The notes below the pieces were generated by a model. That model did no database searches and was not told where the DNA came from. It saw nothing but the letters and a program-made list of their open reading frames with translations. A DNA stretch of 64,000 nucleotides from Armatimonadota bacterium (GTDB taxonomy: Bacteria; Armatimonadota; UBA10988). Of the stretch, positions 45,419 to 54,219 are shown one piece after another. Positions within the stretch are counted from its first letter, which is position 1; each line of letters starts with the position of its first letter. The stretch lies in contig JACRKZ010000093.1 of the NCBI GenBank assembly GCA_016235455.1, positions 1 to 64,000 of the forward strand, read 5' to 3'. The position numbers and the translations under genes were made by a program.

Positions 45419-46963
45419 CTACTGCTGCTCCACCCGCGGCAACTCGACATCGGTGATGGCGAACGGCAGGCTGCCGACCTTCGTGCCGGGGTCAATCAGG
45501 CCGACCAACATGCGCGGCACCTCCGCCGAGGCGCTGATGCTGTAGAGCACGCGCGCCACCACGCGCTTGTCGCCGTCGCGGCTCTGCTGCAGGTTGACCT
45601 GCGACATCTCCATGCGCCTCCGGCCAGACTTTGTCTCCAGTACGACCACGGGAACGAGTGGGTGACTGGCCGGGCTGCCCATGCCGCCCATGCCCGGCAT
45701 GCCCATACCGGGTATTCCGCCAGGCATGCCACCCGGCATCCCCATACCAGGCATGCCACCCGGCATCCCCATGCCCGGCACGCCACCGGGCATATCCATG
45801 CCGGGCGGCGGCCCTTGGGCCAGGATGGTCACTCGCGGCTCGTCTTGCGCGGCGGGCACAGCGCCGAGGCCCGGCGGGCCGGGCGGCAGGACGGGGCCCA
45901 TGCCGCCGCCGGGCATCCCCGGACCCATGCCGCCGGGCGGCATGCCCGGGCCCATGCCGCCGCCCGGCATGCCCGGGCCCATGCCGCCGCCCGGCATGCC
46001 CGGGCCCATGCCGCCGCGCATGTTTTGGCCGCGGCCGCCACCGTTGGCCTGCGTGGCGCGGATGAGCTTGGTGAGTGCGTCGGTGAGCGGCATGGAGATG
46101 CTGAGTTCGGCTGTCCAGGTCTTGGGTGTGCCCTCGTATTCGGCACAGTGGACCAACGTCACGTCGATGTCGTGCTCCGACTGTTGCTGGTTGTCCTGAG
46201 CCAGGTCGCCGAACTCGAAGATGACTTCCTGCGCCTCGGGCAGCACAGCCAGCGTGCCGGTCAGTTCGTCCAAGTGCTGCAGCGGCGCCTTGGGCAACTG
46301 GAAATCGAGGCTGAAGCTATCGCGGTACTGCGCGCCGCGCTGGATGGGCAGGTACTCGAGGCCCTGCGTGGCGCGGACCTTGGCGTCGAGCACGGTGCCG
46401 TCGAACTTGGCCCCTCCGGTGAGCCCAGCGCCGAGCAGCGTCCGCGACGCCAGTTCGCTGTCGGTCTCGAGTTGGAGCATCGTGGTCAGCGCCTGTCGGC
46501 CGACCGCCCGGCCGCCGATAGTGATGCTACTGGCATCTTCCACGGTGATGTTGGTCAGAGCCACGCGGTAGGCGCCGACTTTGACCGTCGGTCGCTCGGG
46601 TTCGTGCTGCTGCGGACCCATGCGCGAGCCGATCATCAGGCTGGTGCCCATGTTCTGCACCACCAGGCCCTGCTCGCGCAACATGGCCAGCACCGCGCGC
46701 AGCGACTGACCTTCGGCCTTCAGGCTGATCTTGGGGTCGACGCGGTCCAGCAACTCCTCGGGGATCGCATCGATGTTTCCGCCCGGCGCCATGGTGCCGA
46801 TAGCCACACCCGTCTGCGCGGCCAGCGCCGAGGCCACCGCACTCAATCGCGTGTCCATCGCGTTGATGGTCACCGGTGGGTCGATGACGCTCAGTGGTGC
46901 GGCCGGGGCGGCCGCCGTCATCGCCAGAGCGGCCAGGGCCGCCGCATACACGCGATTGGTCAT
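45419..46963 (-). CDS. Secreted protein, array paralog 5 (STN-like N-terminus; GMPG-rich)
   Basis: Signal peptide, PLSVIDPPVTIN, DPKISLKAEGQSLRAVL, C-terminal VGLIDPG..LPFAITDVELP; GGAGG RBS. Confidence 0.85.
   Translation of the reverse strand: MTNRVYAAALAALAMTAAAPAAPLSVIDPPVTINAMDTRLSAVASALAAQTGVAIGTMAPGGNIDAIPEELLDRVDPKISLKAEGQSLRAVLAMLREQGLVVQNMGTSLMIGSRMGPQQHEPERPTVKVGAYRVALTNITVEDASSITIGGRAVGRQALTTMLQLETDSELASRTLLGAGLTGGAKFDGTVLDAKVRATQGLEYLPIQRGAQYRDSFSLDFQLPKAPLQHLDELTGTLAVLPEAQEVIFEFGDLAQDNQQQSEHDIDVTLVHCAEYEGTPKTWTAELSISMPLTDALTKLIRATQANGGGRGQNMRGGMGPGMPGGGMGPGMPGGGMGPGMPPGGMGPGMPGGGMGPVLPPGPPGLGAVPAAQDEPRVTILAQGPPPGMDMPGGVPGMGMPGGMPGMGMPGGMPGGIPGMGMPGMGGMGSPASHPLVPVVVLETKSGRRRMEMSQVNLQQSRDGDKRVVARVLYSISASAEVPRMLVGLIDPGTKVGSLPFAITDVELPRVEQQ
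45894..46016. repeat. 27-bp coding tandem repeat, about 4.5 copies (GGMGPGMPG)
   Basis: Units starting at 45894, 45921, 45948, 45975, 46002; consensus GGGCCCATGCCGCCGCCCGGCATGCCC. Confidence 0.9.
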
Positions 46964-46965
46964 CC

Positions 46966-48420
46966 TTATCCTCCGTCGGGCGCCTCCTTGCCGGAAGCAC
47001 CCAGCACTGTCTCGTTTGGCCCCAGGGGCGCGGGCTCGCCCAGGAACACGTCGCCGAACCGCACCGTCTGGTAGTCCACCGCGCGGCCGAAGTCCACCAG
47101 GCCCACACGCAGCTTCGTCGGCTGCTCACGGATGCCCACGGCGCGGGCCACGTAGCGCAGCGTCAGGCGCGCCGTCGCCGGGTCAAGGCTGATCTCGCGC
47201 AGCCCGACCGCCATCGTGCGGCGCCCATGCTCGCCTTCCAGCAGCACCACCGGCGCCAGGGGGTCGGTGGCTGTGTCGACCCAGGCGCCTACTGGCACCA
47301 CCCGCCGCCGCGAGCCGTCGTTGGCGCGGCCCGCGAACGGCATCGGCCACATGCTGACGCTGTCCCATACGGAGTCGACCCCGCCAATGCCGGTTACACC
47401 CGGCGAGATGACAGTTTGCGGCAGGCTTGGCTGATCGGAGTCGATGGGCATCTGCAGCGCGCTCAGTCGCGGCCCGGCCGAGCCGGAGACCGCCACACGC
47501 GACAGCAGGTGCTGCAGCGGGCCGCTCATGGGACGCACCACGGTCAGCATGGCCTCGACCGCTTCCAGCCGGCGGTCATCGACCAGTCTGTGCAGGACTA
47601 CCGACGCGCCCGGCTGCTCGGCGCGCTGTTCGGGCATGCCGTACGGATCGAACGTGAACACGCGCTCCTCGGCATCGCGGCACCAGGCCACCAGCAACGT
47701 CTGGTAGCCGATGCGGGTCAAGGCCGCGCCCGACCACGGCACGACATACTCGAGCGTGCCATCGGCGCCCAACGGCTCGAACGGCCGCGTGGGCGGTCCA
47801 TAGCCCGTGGCCATGACGTCGCCGACGCGGAAGACGGACTCCACGCGTGCGCCAAGCAGCGCGCGCGACAGCAACTCCGTCTCGGCCCGCACCCGGTAGC
47901 GCAGCCGCGTGACGCGCCGGGTCAGGCTCTGAGCACCGCTCTCGAGTTCGCGTTCGGTAGTCGTGGCAGCACTGCTGAGCGTGACGCGATAGGGGTAGTC
48001 AGCTTCGGCAGCCGGCGCCAGATCGCCCAGCGTTGCGGCACCGCTGGCCGCTCCGCCGGAGATGGCGATGCTGTCGCCGCGCGGCTCGACATCGTAGCCC
48101 TGGCCGGCGAGCAGGTTGAGCACCGCGCGCAGGCCGACATCCTTGACCGACAATGACAGCCGGGGCACCAGATCGGCATCGCTGCCCTGCGCCGGGCCTG
48201 GCCGCCGGGTCCACGGCGAGTCGCCGCGGCCGACCATGCGGCCAAAGTCGAGCGCATCGGGTACGACCACACCGTAGCCAGTCTGCTCCTGGATCTCGGT
48301 CGCTAACCGGGTGAACGGCACCTCGTCCAGCGTGAAGGTCAGGCGTGGATCGAGCACGCTGTCGGCGGCTGACGCGACCGCCGGCAGCAGGCAGAGAAGT
48401 GAGCACAGCCATGTGCGCAT
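46966..48420 (-). CDS. Secreted protein, array paralog 4
   Basis: Signal peptide MRTWLCSLLCLLPAVASA, SVLDPRLTFTL, RLSLSVKDVGLRAVL, C-terminal VGLVDFG..VRFGDVFL. Confidence 0.83.
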   Translation of the reverse strand: MRTWLCSLLCLLPAVASAADSVLDPRLTFTLDEVPFTRLATEIQEQTGYGVVVPDALDFGRMVGRGDSPWTRRPGPAQGSDADLVPRLSLSVKDVGLRAVLNLLAGQGYDVEPRGDSIAISGGAASGAATLGDLAPAAEADYPYRVTLSSAATTTERELESGAQSLTRRVTRLRYRVRAETELLSRALLGARVESVFRVGDVMATGYGPPTRPFEPLGADGTLEYVVPWSGAALTRIGYQTLLVAWCRDAEERVFTFDPYGMPEQRAEQPGASVVLHRLVDDRRLEAVEAMLTVVRPMSGPLQHLLSRVAVSGSAGPRLSALQMPIDSDQPSLPQTVISPGVTGIGGVDSVWDSVSMWPMPFAGRANDGSRRRVVPVGAWVDTATDPLAPVVLLEGEHGRRTMAVGLREISLDPATARLTLRYVARAVGIREQPTKLRVGLVDFGRAVDYQTVRFGDVFLGEPAPLGPNETVLGASGKEAPDGG

Positions 48421-48527
48421 GGGCACCCCCGGATCGTGGCACGGTCGGGCCGCGGCGCGGGTGCCGAGGCTCACCGAGGGTCACCCATTCGACAGCCGAC
48501 CTGATCCTCCTCTGTGTCGACGACCGG

Positions 48528-50087
48528 CTAGCGCGCGTCGGCCGCCGGCAGGTCCACGGCCGTGAACGCGAAGCCGACATTGCTCGTGCGCTGGCCGTAG
48601 TCCACCAGCCCGATGAGGAGGCGCTGCACCGGCTCGGCCGGCGCGGGGCCCTGGGCGGTGCAAGTCACGACGATGCGGTCGCCCGGAGCGGCGGCGCCTG
48701 GCGCGCCACCGCCGCCGCGGCTCTGCTGGCGCAGCACCAGCGGATAGCGGCCCTTGGCGGTCTCCATCACGATCATCGGCGCCAGGCCGTTGATCAGACC
48801 GGATCCGACGAGGACCGAGTCGAACGCCGGCTGGACCAGGCCGCCGCCGGGCAGCCCGAGCACTGGCGGGTTGGCCGGCATGATCTGCACGCCGACGGGC
48901 GGCGGCGGCGGCGCGTCTGCTGGCGGGCCTTCGACCTGCCTCATCACGCCGTTCGGGTCCATCTCGAACCGCTGCGTGACGCCGTTGCGCGTAATGGTCA
49001 CGTTGCCCTGGCGCTGGACCTGCACGTTCGGCTGCGGCTGGCCCAACCCGCCGGGCAGGCCCGGCACGGCGACCGCCGGCGGGATGGCCGCCGGCGGCCC
49101 GATCTGGAGTTGGATAGGCGCATCGTGCAGCCGGAACGCCTCGGGACCCGCCATCCCGCCCATGCCCAGCCCGCGCATCGGTCGCCCCTGTTGCTCATTG
49201 GCCTCGGTCTTGGGGTAGGAGACGGTGACCTGGGCCTCGACGGGCAGTGGCTGGCCGACGGGGCTGAAGCCGCCTTGGGTCTGGCCGAAGCGCACCAGCG
49301 TGACGTCGATGTCTCCCTCGGTCTGTTGCTGGCCGGTCTTGTCCAGGTCGCCGAACTCGAGCGCGACCTCCTTGGCGTCGGGGTAGACGCGTAGCGAGCC
49401 GGTCAGCGAGTCGATGGTCGACACGGGCTTGATGGGCAGCGCGAAGATCAGGCTCAGGTTGTCGGTCAGCCCCACGCCCGGCAGCGGCAGCCAGCCGGTC
49501 TGGGTGCGGGGTGCCTGCGCGGCGAGTTCTGCGCCGTCCAGCTTGAGCTGGTAGTCGGCGCCATAGCCGATCAGCGCGCGACTGGCGACCTCCGTGTCGC
49601 AGTCCAGCGTCAGCTCGACGCGCGTCTGGCGGCGTGACGGCATGGGGCCACCGAAGCGGCGGTACTCGACGTTCTCGGTGGTCAGGCTCTGGAGCTGCAC
49701 GCGGTACGCGCCGACCTTGGCTTCCGGCCGTGGCTCCGCGGCTCGGGCGTTGGGCACACCGATGACCTGCACCTGCCCACCGACCATCTGCACCGTAACG
49801 CCCAGGGCCGTCAGTCGGCGCAGCACCTGCCGCAACGTCTCGTCCTTGACCGACAGGGAGACGTTGGGGTCGAGCCGGCGCCGATGCTCCTCGGGCATGT
49901 TGCCCCATTGGACGCGGGCCATCGGCGAGGCGACCCCCACACCCGACCCGCGCGACAGCGTGTCGAGCACCTGGCTGAACGGGACTTCGCGCAGGTCGAA
50001 GGTGAGACGCGGATCGAGTACGCTGAGCGGCGCCGCGTGCGCGCGCAGAGCAATCCCCAAAAGGCAGAGGGCCAGGCAACGTCCCAT
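48528..50087 (-). CDS. Secreted protein, array paralog 3 (Pro/Gln-rich insert)
   Basis: Signal peptide, PLSVLDPRLTFDL, DPNVSLSVKDETLRQVL, C-terminal IGLVDYG..VGFAFTAVDLP. Confidence 0.85.
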   Translation of the reverse strand: MGRCLALCLLGIALRAHAAPLSVLDPRLTFDLREVPFSQVLDTLSRGSGVGVASPMARVQWGNMPEEHRRRLDPNVSLSVKDETLRQVLRRLTALGVTVQMVGGQVQVIGVPNARAAEPRPEAKVGAYRVQLQSLTTENVEYRRFGGPMPSRRQTRVELTLDCDTEVASRALIGYGADYQLKLDGAELAAQAPRTQTGWLPLPGVGLTDNLSLIFALPIKPVSTIDSLTGSLRVYPDAKEVALEFGDLDKTGQQQTEGDIDVTLVRFGQTQGGFSPVGQPLPVEAQVTVSYPKTEANEQQGRPMRGLGMGGMAGPEAFRLHDAPIQLQIGPPAAIPPAVAVPGLPGGLGQPQPNVQVQRQGNVTITRNGVTQRFEMDPNGVMRQVEGPPADAPPPPPVGVQIMPANPPVLGLPGGGLVQPAFDSVLVGSGLINGLAPMIVMETAKGRYPLVLRQQSRGGGGAPGAAAPGDRIVVTCTAQGPAPAEPVQRLLIGLVDYGQRTSNVGFAFTAVDLPAADAR

Positions 50088-50113
50088 GGATGACTCCCGG
50101 TGACCGTTGCACT

Positions 50114-50149
50114 GGCCCTCTGTCGAGAGCCGGCTCTCTTGCGAGAGCC
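50114..50149 (-). other. Two abutting 7-bp hairpins with GNNA tetraloops in the paralog 2/3 spacer
   Basis: Minus strand GGCTCTC-GCAA-GAGAGCC immediately followed by GGCTCTC-GACA-GAGGGCC. Confidence 0.7.
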
Positions 50150-50154
50150 AGGCG

Positions 50155-51726
50155 CTACTGGAGCGGTACGTTCGGCAGAGCGAACGGCACGTTGGCCGTC
50201 TTGTCGCCCGGGTCGATCACACCGACCAGAACGGACTTCGCCTCGGCGGCGGCACCCGTCAGCGGCACGCGCATGGTCACTGTGAGAGTGTTACCCGCGA
50301 ACCGCACCGTGCGTTCACACGACTTGGGGTCGATGCCGATGCGCTTGCCCGGCGCCGTCTCCACGGCCACGGCCTGCAGCAGCCAGCGCGCCACGGCCGC
50401 CATGTCCAGCCGCACCGGCTGGTCGCCGATGAAGGCCATGCCGTCGGCGCCAAAGCCGCCACGACCACCGAAGCCACCAAAGCCACCGAACCCGCCGGGC
50501 CCGCCGCCACCACCTTGGCGACCTTGCCGGCCGGGGTCAGGCTGACCGGGTTGGCCAGGCTGACCGGGCTGACCGGGCGCCTGGGCGAACTGCACGCCGC
50601 CGTCGGCCGGCGTGGCCAGCGCGAACCGCAGGCCCGGCTCAGCCTGAGCCTGACCGCCAGCGGCCGGGGCTCGTCCCGGGGCACCGGGCGCACCCGGCGC
50701 GGCACCGGGCGCGCCCGGGCCGCCACCAGGACCGCCAGGACCACCTGGGCCACCACCGCGACCGCCGCCGAAGCCGCCGCCACCGAACATGCCGGCACCG
50801 GTCTCGATGCGCAGCGGGCCGTTGGCATTGGCGAACACGCCGGACAGACGCTGGGCCATCTCAGGACCGAGCGTGCGCTTGAGCGTCAGGTTGACCGTCT
50901 TCACGTTGCCGGCGGTCTGCACGCCAACCAAGGTCATGTCGATGCCGGCATCCGTCTGCGTCTGGTTGGCCGCGGCCAGATCGTCGAAGACGAAGCTGCG
51001 CTCGACGCAGTCGGTCAGGACGATGAGCTGGCCACTGACCGCGTAGGAGGTCAGGGGTGTGGTCGGCAACTGGTAGGCCAGATCGAACAGGCCGTTGCGC
51101 GGCGCGATGGGCTGCGGCGTGTTATTACCGCCACGGCCGAAGCCGCGCTGGCGCATCTCCGCCGGCTGCCCGTTGATGGCCGACTGCACGGTACCATCGA
51201 TGCCCATGACCGCCAGCAGCGCCGAGGGCGAGGTGGGGGCCACGGCCAACTCGAAGGTCAGGCCGGAGAACGAGTTCGGGTCATTGGGGCCGAACCCGGT
51301 GGTCAGCATGTTCACCGCGCGGTAGTTGTTGAGCACCAGCGCCCACTTGTCGGCCTTGGCCACGGGCCGCGTATCGACCAGCGGCGCATTGGCCGGCGCC
51401 GCCACGGTCGACGGCGTGAGCTCCCAGGACATCTTCGCCGCCTGGTAGCTGAGCGTGCCGCCGACCTGCACGGCCAGCGCCGCCAGCACCTGCGACAGCG
51501 GGTTGCCCGCCGCGATGATGGTCACGGTCGTCGTGGCCGGCTTGGCGTCGGCCGGCAGTTCGACCTTCACGCCGCCCGCGGCCGACAACTGCGTCAGTGC
51601 CTCGGCTAGCGCGACGCCCTTGAGATCCAGCGTGATCGGCGGGTCGTAGACCGAAGTGGCGGCCGCCCACAGCGGGCTCGTCGCCAGCGCCAACACGCAC
51701 ACCAGTGTGAAGAGCTTGCGCGTCAT
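50155..51726 (-). CDS. Secreted protein, array paralog 2 (GGPG/PGQ/GGF-rich insert)
   Basis: Signal peptide, SVYDPPITLDL, VTIIAAGNPLSQVL, C-terminal VGVIDPG..VPFALPNVPL; ATGA overlap with paralog 1. Confidence 0.85.
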   Translation of the reverse strand: MTRKLFTLVCVLALATSPLWAAATSVYDPPITLDLKGVALAEALTQLSAAGGVKVELPADAKPATTTVTIIAAGNPLSQVLAALAVQVGGTLSYQAAKMSWELTPSTVAAPANAPLVDTRPVAKADKWALVLNNYRAVNMLTTGFGPNDPNSFSGLTFELAVAPTSPSALLAVMGIDGTVQSAINGQPAEMRQRGFGRGGNNTPQPIAPRNGLFDLAYQLPTTPLTSYAVSGQLIVLTDCVERSFVFDDLAAANQTQTDAGIDMTLVGVQTAGNVKTVNLTLKRTLGPEMAQRLSGVFANANGPLRIETGAGMFGGGGFGGGRGGGPGGPGGPGGGPGAPGAAPGAPGAPGRAPAAGGQAQAEPGLRFALATPADGGVQFAQAPGQPGQPGQPGQPDPGRQGRQGGGGGPGGFGGFGGFGGRGGFGADGMAFIGDQPVRLDMAAVARWLLQAVAVETAPGKRIGIDPKSCERTVRFAGNTLTVTMRVPLTGAAAEAKSVLVGVIDPGDKTANVPFALPNVPLQ

Positions 51727-53300
51727 TGCGCACCTCCTTGGCCGCCCTGGCCACCTTCAGCACCACCGCGGCCGCCGCGGCCGCCACGGCCACCACGGCC
51801 ACCACCGCCGTCACCACCAGCTCCGCCAGCGCCAGCGCCCGGCTGACCGGGCTGACCGGGCTGACCGGGCTGGCCGGGCTGGCCTCCAGGGCCGCCAAAG
51901 CCGCCCGGCCCGCCAGCGTTGTTGGGTCGAGGCGCGGGGATGGCGATGTCATTGACGATGACGATCTGGTCCTTGGCGGACACACCGGGGTCGAGCACGG
52001 AGACCACCAGGCGCTGCGCGCCCTGCACGGCGGTCGGCCAGGTGGCGACCAGATGCGTGGTCAGCGTATCGCCCTTGAGCGTGAACTCGCGCTGCTGCGA
52101 CGAGGTGCGGGCATAGGCGAAGCCGGCCGGCGCCTTGGAGAAGGCTACCACGGGCACAATCCAGGCCGGAAGGGTGCGCATGCCGCCCATACCACCCATG
52201 CCGCCGCGTCCGCCGCCGCCGTTGGTGTCCAGCACCGAGCCGACGTCGATCTTGCCGTCCGCCGCGACGGGCAGCGCCTTGAGCTGCTCAACCGCCGTGG
52301 GACCCAGCTTGGTGGTGACGGTCAGATCGGCTGTGGCGGGCTGGTCGCCGGCCGCGGCGGTGAAACTGTTGAGCGTCACTTCCACGTTGCCGGCGGCCTG
52401 CTTGGCCCCAGCCTGCGCGGGGTCGAGCGTGACCAGGCGCTCGGCGATCTGGTCATAGAGCTTGAGGCTCAGGTTGACCTGGCGCACGGCCTTGATTTCC
52501 GGCGCGCCGGCCGGCAGCTCGAACGGCAGATCGAAGTTGCCGTTGGCCGGATTGGTGGCCAGCAGTTGGCCCGACAAGCCGGCGACCGGCTTGAAGGTGA
52601 CCGTGGCTTCGGGCAGCACGGTGGCTTCAACCGACTCGACCGAAATGCCGGCGACCTTGGCGTCGGCCAGGGCCGTCGCGCCGTCCACAGCGACCTCCAG
52701 GGTCAGCGTGGCGTTGGGCTGGTGCGCCGGACGCGGCCCGAAGAAGTGCTCCGTCGTGCGGGCGTAGCGCAGATTGTTGACCATGATGCCCAGGTCACCC
52801 ACCACGCGAAACGGCGGCTGGGACTGGTTGCGGCCCATGGCCGGCAGCACGTAGTAGGTGCCGCCCACGCGCTGCACGCGCTGGTTGTACTGGCGCGCCA
52901 GTACGTCCAGCACGTAGCCCAGCGGAAAGCCGTTGGCCTGGGTGGTGATCTGCGGATCGAGCATGTCCAGGAACCGGTTGCCGCCCTGGCCACCGGCGCC
53001 CGGCTGACCGGGCTGGCCACCGGCACCGGGCTGGCCCGGCTGGCCCGGCTGACCACCAGGCATGCGACCGGCCATCATGCGCACCGCGGCCTGGTCGAAG
53101 TTGTAACCGGTCTGCGCGCCGATGAACTTGAGCACCTCGGACAGCCGCTGCCCCGACGCATTGATGGTCACCAGCGGCTCGACCAGGCTGATCTGGGCCG
53201 GGGCCTGCTGGGCAGGGCTCGGCCCAGCGGCCAGCGCTACGCTCAGCGCGGGCGCGGCCCAGAGCCAGCCGCGGCTCCGGCACCGAAAACGTGTACCCAT
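51723..53300 (-). CDS. Secreted protein, array paralog 1 (PGQ and RGG repeats)
   Basis: Signal peptide, SLVEPLVTINA, DPQITTQANGFPLGYVL, VSVLDPG..VNDIAIP; GAGGGAG RBS favours ATG 53300. Confidence 0.85.
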   Translation of the reverse strand: MGTRFRCRSRGWLWAAPALSVALAAGPSPAQQAPAQISLVEPLVTINASGQRLSEVLKFIGAQTGYNFDQAAVRMMAGRMPGGQPGQPGQPGAGGQPGQPGAGGQGGNRFLDMLDPQITTQANGFPLGYVLDVLARQYNQRVQRVGGTYYVLPAMGRNQSQPPFRVVGDLGIMVNNLRYARTTEHFFGPRPAHQPNATLTLEVAVDGATALADAKVAGISVESVEATVLPEATVTFKPVAGLSGQLLATNPANGNFDLPFELPAGAPEIKAVRQVNLSLKLYDQIAERLVTLDPAQAGAKQAAGNVEVTLNSFTAAAGDQPATADLTVTTKLGPTAVEQLKALPVAADGKIDVGSVLDTNGGGGRGGMGGMGGMRTLPAWIVPVVAFSKAPAGFAYARTSSQQREFTLKGDTLTTHLVATWPTAVQGAQRLVVSVLDPGVSAKDQIVIVNDIAIPAPRPNNAGGPGGFGGPGGQPGQPGQPGQPGQPGAGAGGAGGDGGGGRGGRGGRGGRGGAEGGQGGQGGAQ

Positions 53301-53330
53301 GTTGGTCATCTCCCTCAGACGATGGGGCCA

Positions 53331-53357
53331 TAGACGCTGGCCCAGACGGAAGGTTCA
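53331..53357 (-). promoter_or_regulatory. Candidate ECF-sigma promoter of the five-gene array
   Basis: Minus strand tGAACCT-16 bp-TCTA (cGTCTA), similar to sigmaE-type GAACTT-N16-TCTAA. Confidence 0.55.
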
Positions 53358-53461
53358 CTCAAACGTCACAGTGCCCATGGATCTTGTCGGGCAGGGCGTC
53401 AGACCAGCGGATCCGGGCCATTTCGCGGGCCCCACGGCCATGTGCTGACCCGTCCCGCCTC

Positions 53462-53490
53462 TTGCCGTGCCGGCGGTCCAGTGATATCGT
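53462..53490 (+). promoter_or_regulatory. Sigma70-type promoter of the small ORF
   Basis: TTGCCG-17 bp-TATCGT with an extended -10 TG. Confidence 0.5.
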
Positions 53491-53518
53491 GAGACTAGCT
53501 GGATCTGGAGGGCGAGAT

Positions 53519-53752
53519 ATGCTGATCGTTAAGGTCACCGAGCGCGAAGACGGCACGATCGTCGCGGAGACCCAACGGCAGGTGTTGGCGCAGTTCCAGG
53601 GGCAGACCAGGCAGGATGTGGTTGCCTATCTGGAGCACAAAGCGCGCTCATGCGGGGAAGACCTGCGAATTGTCGAGAGCTTCGACGACTTCGACCCGAA
53701 CGGGCGGCTCACGGACCGTGACTTCCGGCACATGATGAAGCGACACTTCTGA
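53519..53752 (+). CDS. Small hypothetical protein (77 aa)
   Basis: GGAGGG RBS, ATG, natural-looking composition MLIVKVTEREDGTIVAETQ..., promoter upstream and hairpin downstream. Confidence 0.75.
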   Translation: MLIVKVTEREDGTIVAETQRQVLAQFQGQTRQDVVAYLEHKARSCGEDLRIVESFDDFDPNGRLTDRDFRHMMKRHF

Positions 53753-53786
53753 GACGAAGCGACGGCTCAGGTCAGGCGAAAAGGGT

Positions 53787-53822
53787 CGAGCGGCCAGCCC
53801 CCGTACGGTGACCGGCCGCTCG
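53787..53822. terminator. Hairpin between convergent small ORF and csp
   Basis: CGAGCGGCC...GGCCGCTCG inverted repeat. Confidence 0.55.
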
Positions 53823-53834
53823 TGGGTAGAATGC

Positions 53835-54044
53835 TCAGGATTCCTTGGGCTGTACGGCTACGGCTCGTGGGCCGCGCCCGTCATCGTTGATCTCGTACTC
53901 AACCTCTTGGCCCTCAAACAGCGTCTTGTAGCCTGCTGAGTCGATCACCGAGTAGTGAACGAACACGTCCTGGCCACCGTTGTCCTGTTCGATGAAGCCG
54001 TAACCCTTTTGATCGTTGAACCATTTGACCTTGCCGACCGGCAT
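53835..54044 (-). CDS. csp: Cold-shock protein (CspA family)
   Basis: [15 protein letters not shown] (RNP1), DVFVHYS (RNP2); GGAG RBS. Confidence 0.97.
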   Translation of the reverse strand: MPVGKVKWFNDQKGYGFIEQDNGGQDVFVHYSVIDSAGYKTLFEGQEVEYEINDDGRGPRAVAVQPKES

Positions 54045-54140
54045 GGGACACTCCAAATCCGGCTGCTCTCCGCCGCGTTCACGACCTCCCCAGTACTAGT
54101 CACGTCTGGTTGGCGGTCGGTTCATCCGGATCCAACCCCC

Positions 54141-54170
54141 ATTGTAATCAACTTCGGTCCCGCTCTTCAA
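54141..54170 (-). promoter_or_regulatory. Candidate csp promoter giving a 5' UTR of about 90 nt
   Basis: Minus strand TTGAAG-18 bp-TACAAT. Confidence 0.5.
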
Positions 54171-54219
54171 GATGCTCCCGGGGGTACGAGTCCGCGTTAC
54201 TCAACCGTTTCACAACACT

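Noticed and set aside
45660-46016. Regular repeats as a possible CRISPR array
   Set aside because: Contiguous in-frame coding repeats without unique spacers; no cas genes in the window.
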